DNA of 64,000 bases, from assembly GCA_964406075.1 (NCBI GenBank), contig CAYOQI010000001.1, positions 5,015 through 69,014 on the forward strand, in the 5' to 3' direction. The translations under genes were made by a program, and so were the position numbers. The notes beneath the pieces were generated by a model. That model was not told the DNA's origin. It was given only the letters and a program-made list of their open reading frames with translations, and searched no databases. Positions 63,651 through 64,000 of the stretch are shown here, piece by piece (the stretch's first letter is position 1; the number at the start of each line of letters is the position of its first letter). This DNA comes from an uncultured Pseudomonadales bacterium (GTDB lineage Bacteria > Patescibacteriota > Microgenomatia > UBA1400 > PJMF01).

Positions 63651-64000
63651 ATGGCGCGTTCTTTAGATGTGCTGATGATTGGTTGGGAGTATCCCCCACA
63701 TAACAGCGGGGGTCTTGGTGTGGCTTGCGAAGGTCTCACAAAGGCTCTTGTCGGAAACAATACGCACATTTCATTCACACTTCCGTATAAACATGGGATG
63801 TCAATTGATCACATGGACGTTTTGACGTGCGTCAGTGGTGGTGCATTTCCATCAGGAGATCCCAATCAGGCACCTTTTTCTGCATACACCCACATGGCTA
63901 CGAATAATAACGGAATTCCTTTGGCTTTTGATCCCAAAAACTTACGAAAAATGCCTCTCCAAGAGATGGAGTATCGTGTCGAACAGTATGCCAATTCTAT
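63651..64000 (+). CDS. glycogen/starch-synthase-like GT-B glycosyltransferase (5' part, runs off the window)
   Basis: ATG at 63651. MARSLDVLMIGWEYPPHNSGGLGVACEGLTKAL is the typical N-terminal motif of glycogen synthase-like enzymes. It is not in the ORF track because there is no stop codon in the window. Confidence 0.7.
   Translation, partial: MARSLDVLMIGWEYPPHNSGGLGVACEGLTKALVGNNTHISFTLPYKHGMSIDHMDVLTCVSGGAFPSGDPNQAPFSAYTHMATNNNGIPLAFDPKNLRKMPLQEMEYRVEQYANS

Noticed and set aside
1-64000. CRISPR arrays, rRNA genes, transposases, integrases, reverse transcriptases, and alternative genetic code (UGA recoding)
   Set aside because: I saw no regularly spaced direct repeats and no rRNA-like conserved blocks. 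No DDE, tyrosine or serine recombinase or RT motifs appear in any track ORF. All conserved genes are full length under the standard code, so recoding is not needed.

Overview
Read by eye, this is a gene-dense, low-GC bacterial window. Hand counts on single 60-nt lines give about 40% GC in the core and about 52-53% in one island. The standard genetic code is sufficient, because every recognisable gene is full length. About 90% of the coding sequence is on the minus strand.

The backbone is an almost complete division and cell-wall (dcw) supercluster at 38648->20204 on the minus strand. Its order is mraZ-rsmH-ftsL-like-ftsI-murE-HAD-pgeF-murC-[79 aa]-murB-[101 aa]-murA-[103 aa]-mraY-ftsW-murG-ftsQ-ftsA-ftsZ. 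Other core genes:
- ileS, preceded by a T-box leader
- rodA
- rplU-[RNA methyltransferase]-rpmA
- parB and lepB
- recO-[124 aa]-glyQS
- three tRNAs: Asp-GTC, Thr-CGT and Gly-CCC

Two surface-glycan clusters are present:
- 5184-9949: O-antigen-ligase-like, GT2, GT39-like and flippase genes.
- 53716-62111: phosphoglycosyl transferase, manC, three GT4 genes, a GT2, a DUF1461/Lit-like gene and unknowns.

The gene content and style are consistent with a small-genome Patescibacteria/CPR-like organism: a DUF4012 protein, many orphan small proteins, GIY-YIG debris beside a tRNA, and short palindromic repeats. I cannot verify this without a database search.

The items most worth follow-up are:
1. A tRNA-bracketed, translationally coupled three-gene cassette at 2192-4046. 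It encodes an Rx4H (HEPN-like) protein, an EEP nuclease/phosphatase and a MazG-like NTP pyrophosphohydrolase, and is a candidate defence or toxin module.
2. A GC-rich, opposite-strand gtrA/gtrB/GT-C-like glycosylation island at 38987-42572, inserted right next to mraZ.
3. An 836-aa secreted fibre protein with an 81-aa tandem repeat, a phage-tail-fibre-type S74 intramolecular chaperone domain and an extra lectin-like C-terminal domain, plus two unknown co-operonic genes.
4. Three orphan small ORFs interleaved with murC, murB, murA and mraY, and a paired TTTGGAATTT motif in front of murA and murC.
5. Families of short palindromic, MITE-like repeats, one of which sits in frame inside the O-antigen-ligase-like gene.

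No CRISPR array, rRNA gene, transposase or integrase was seen.
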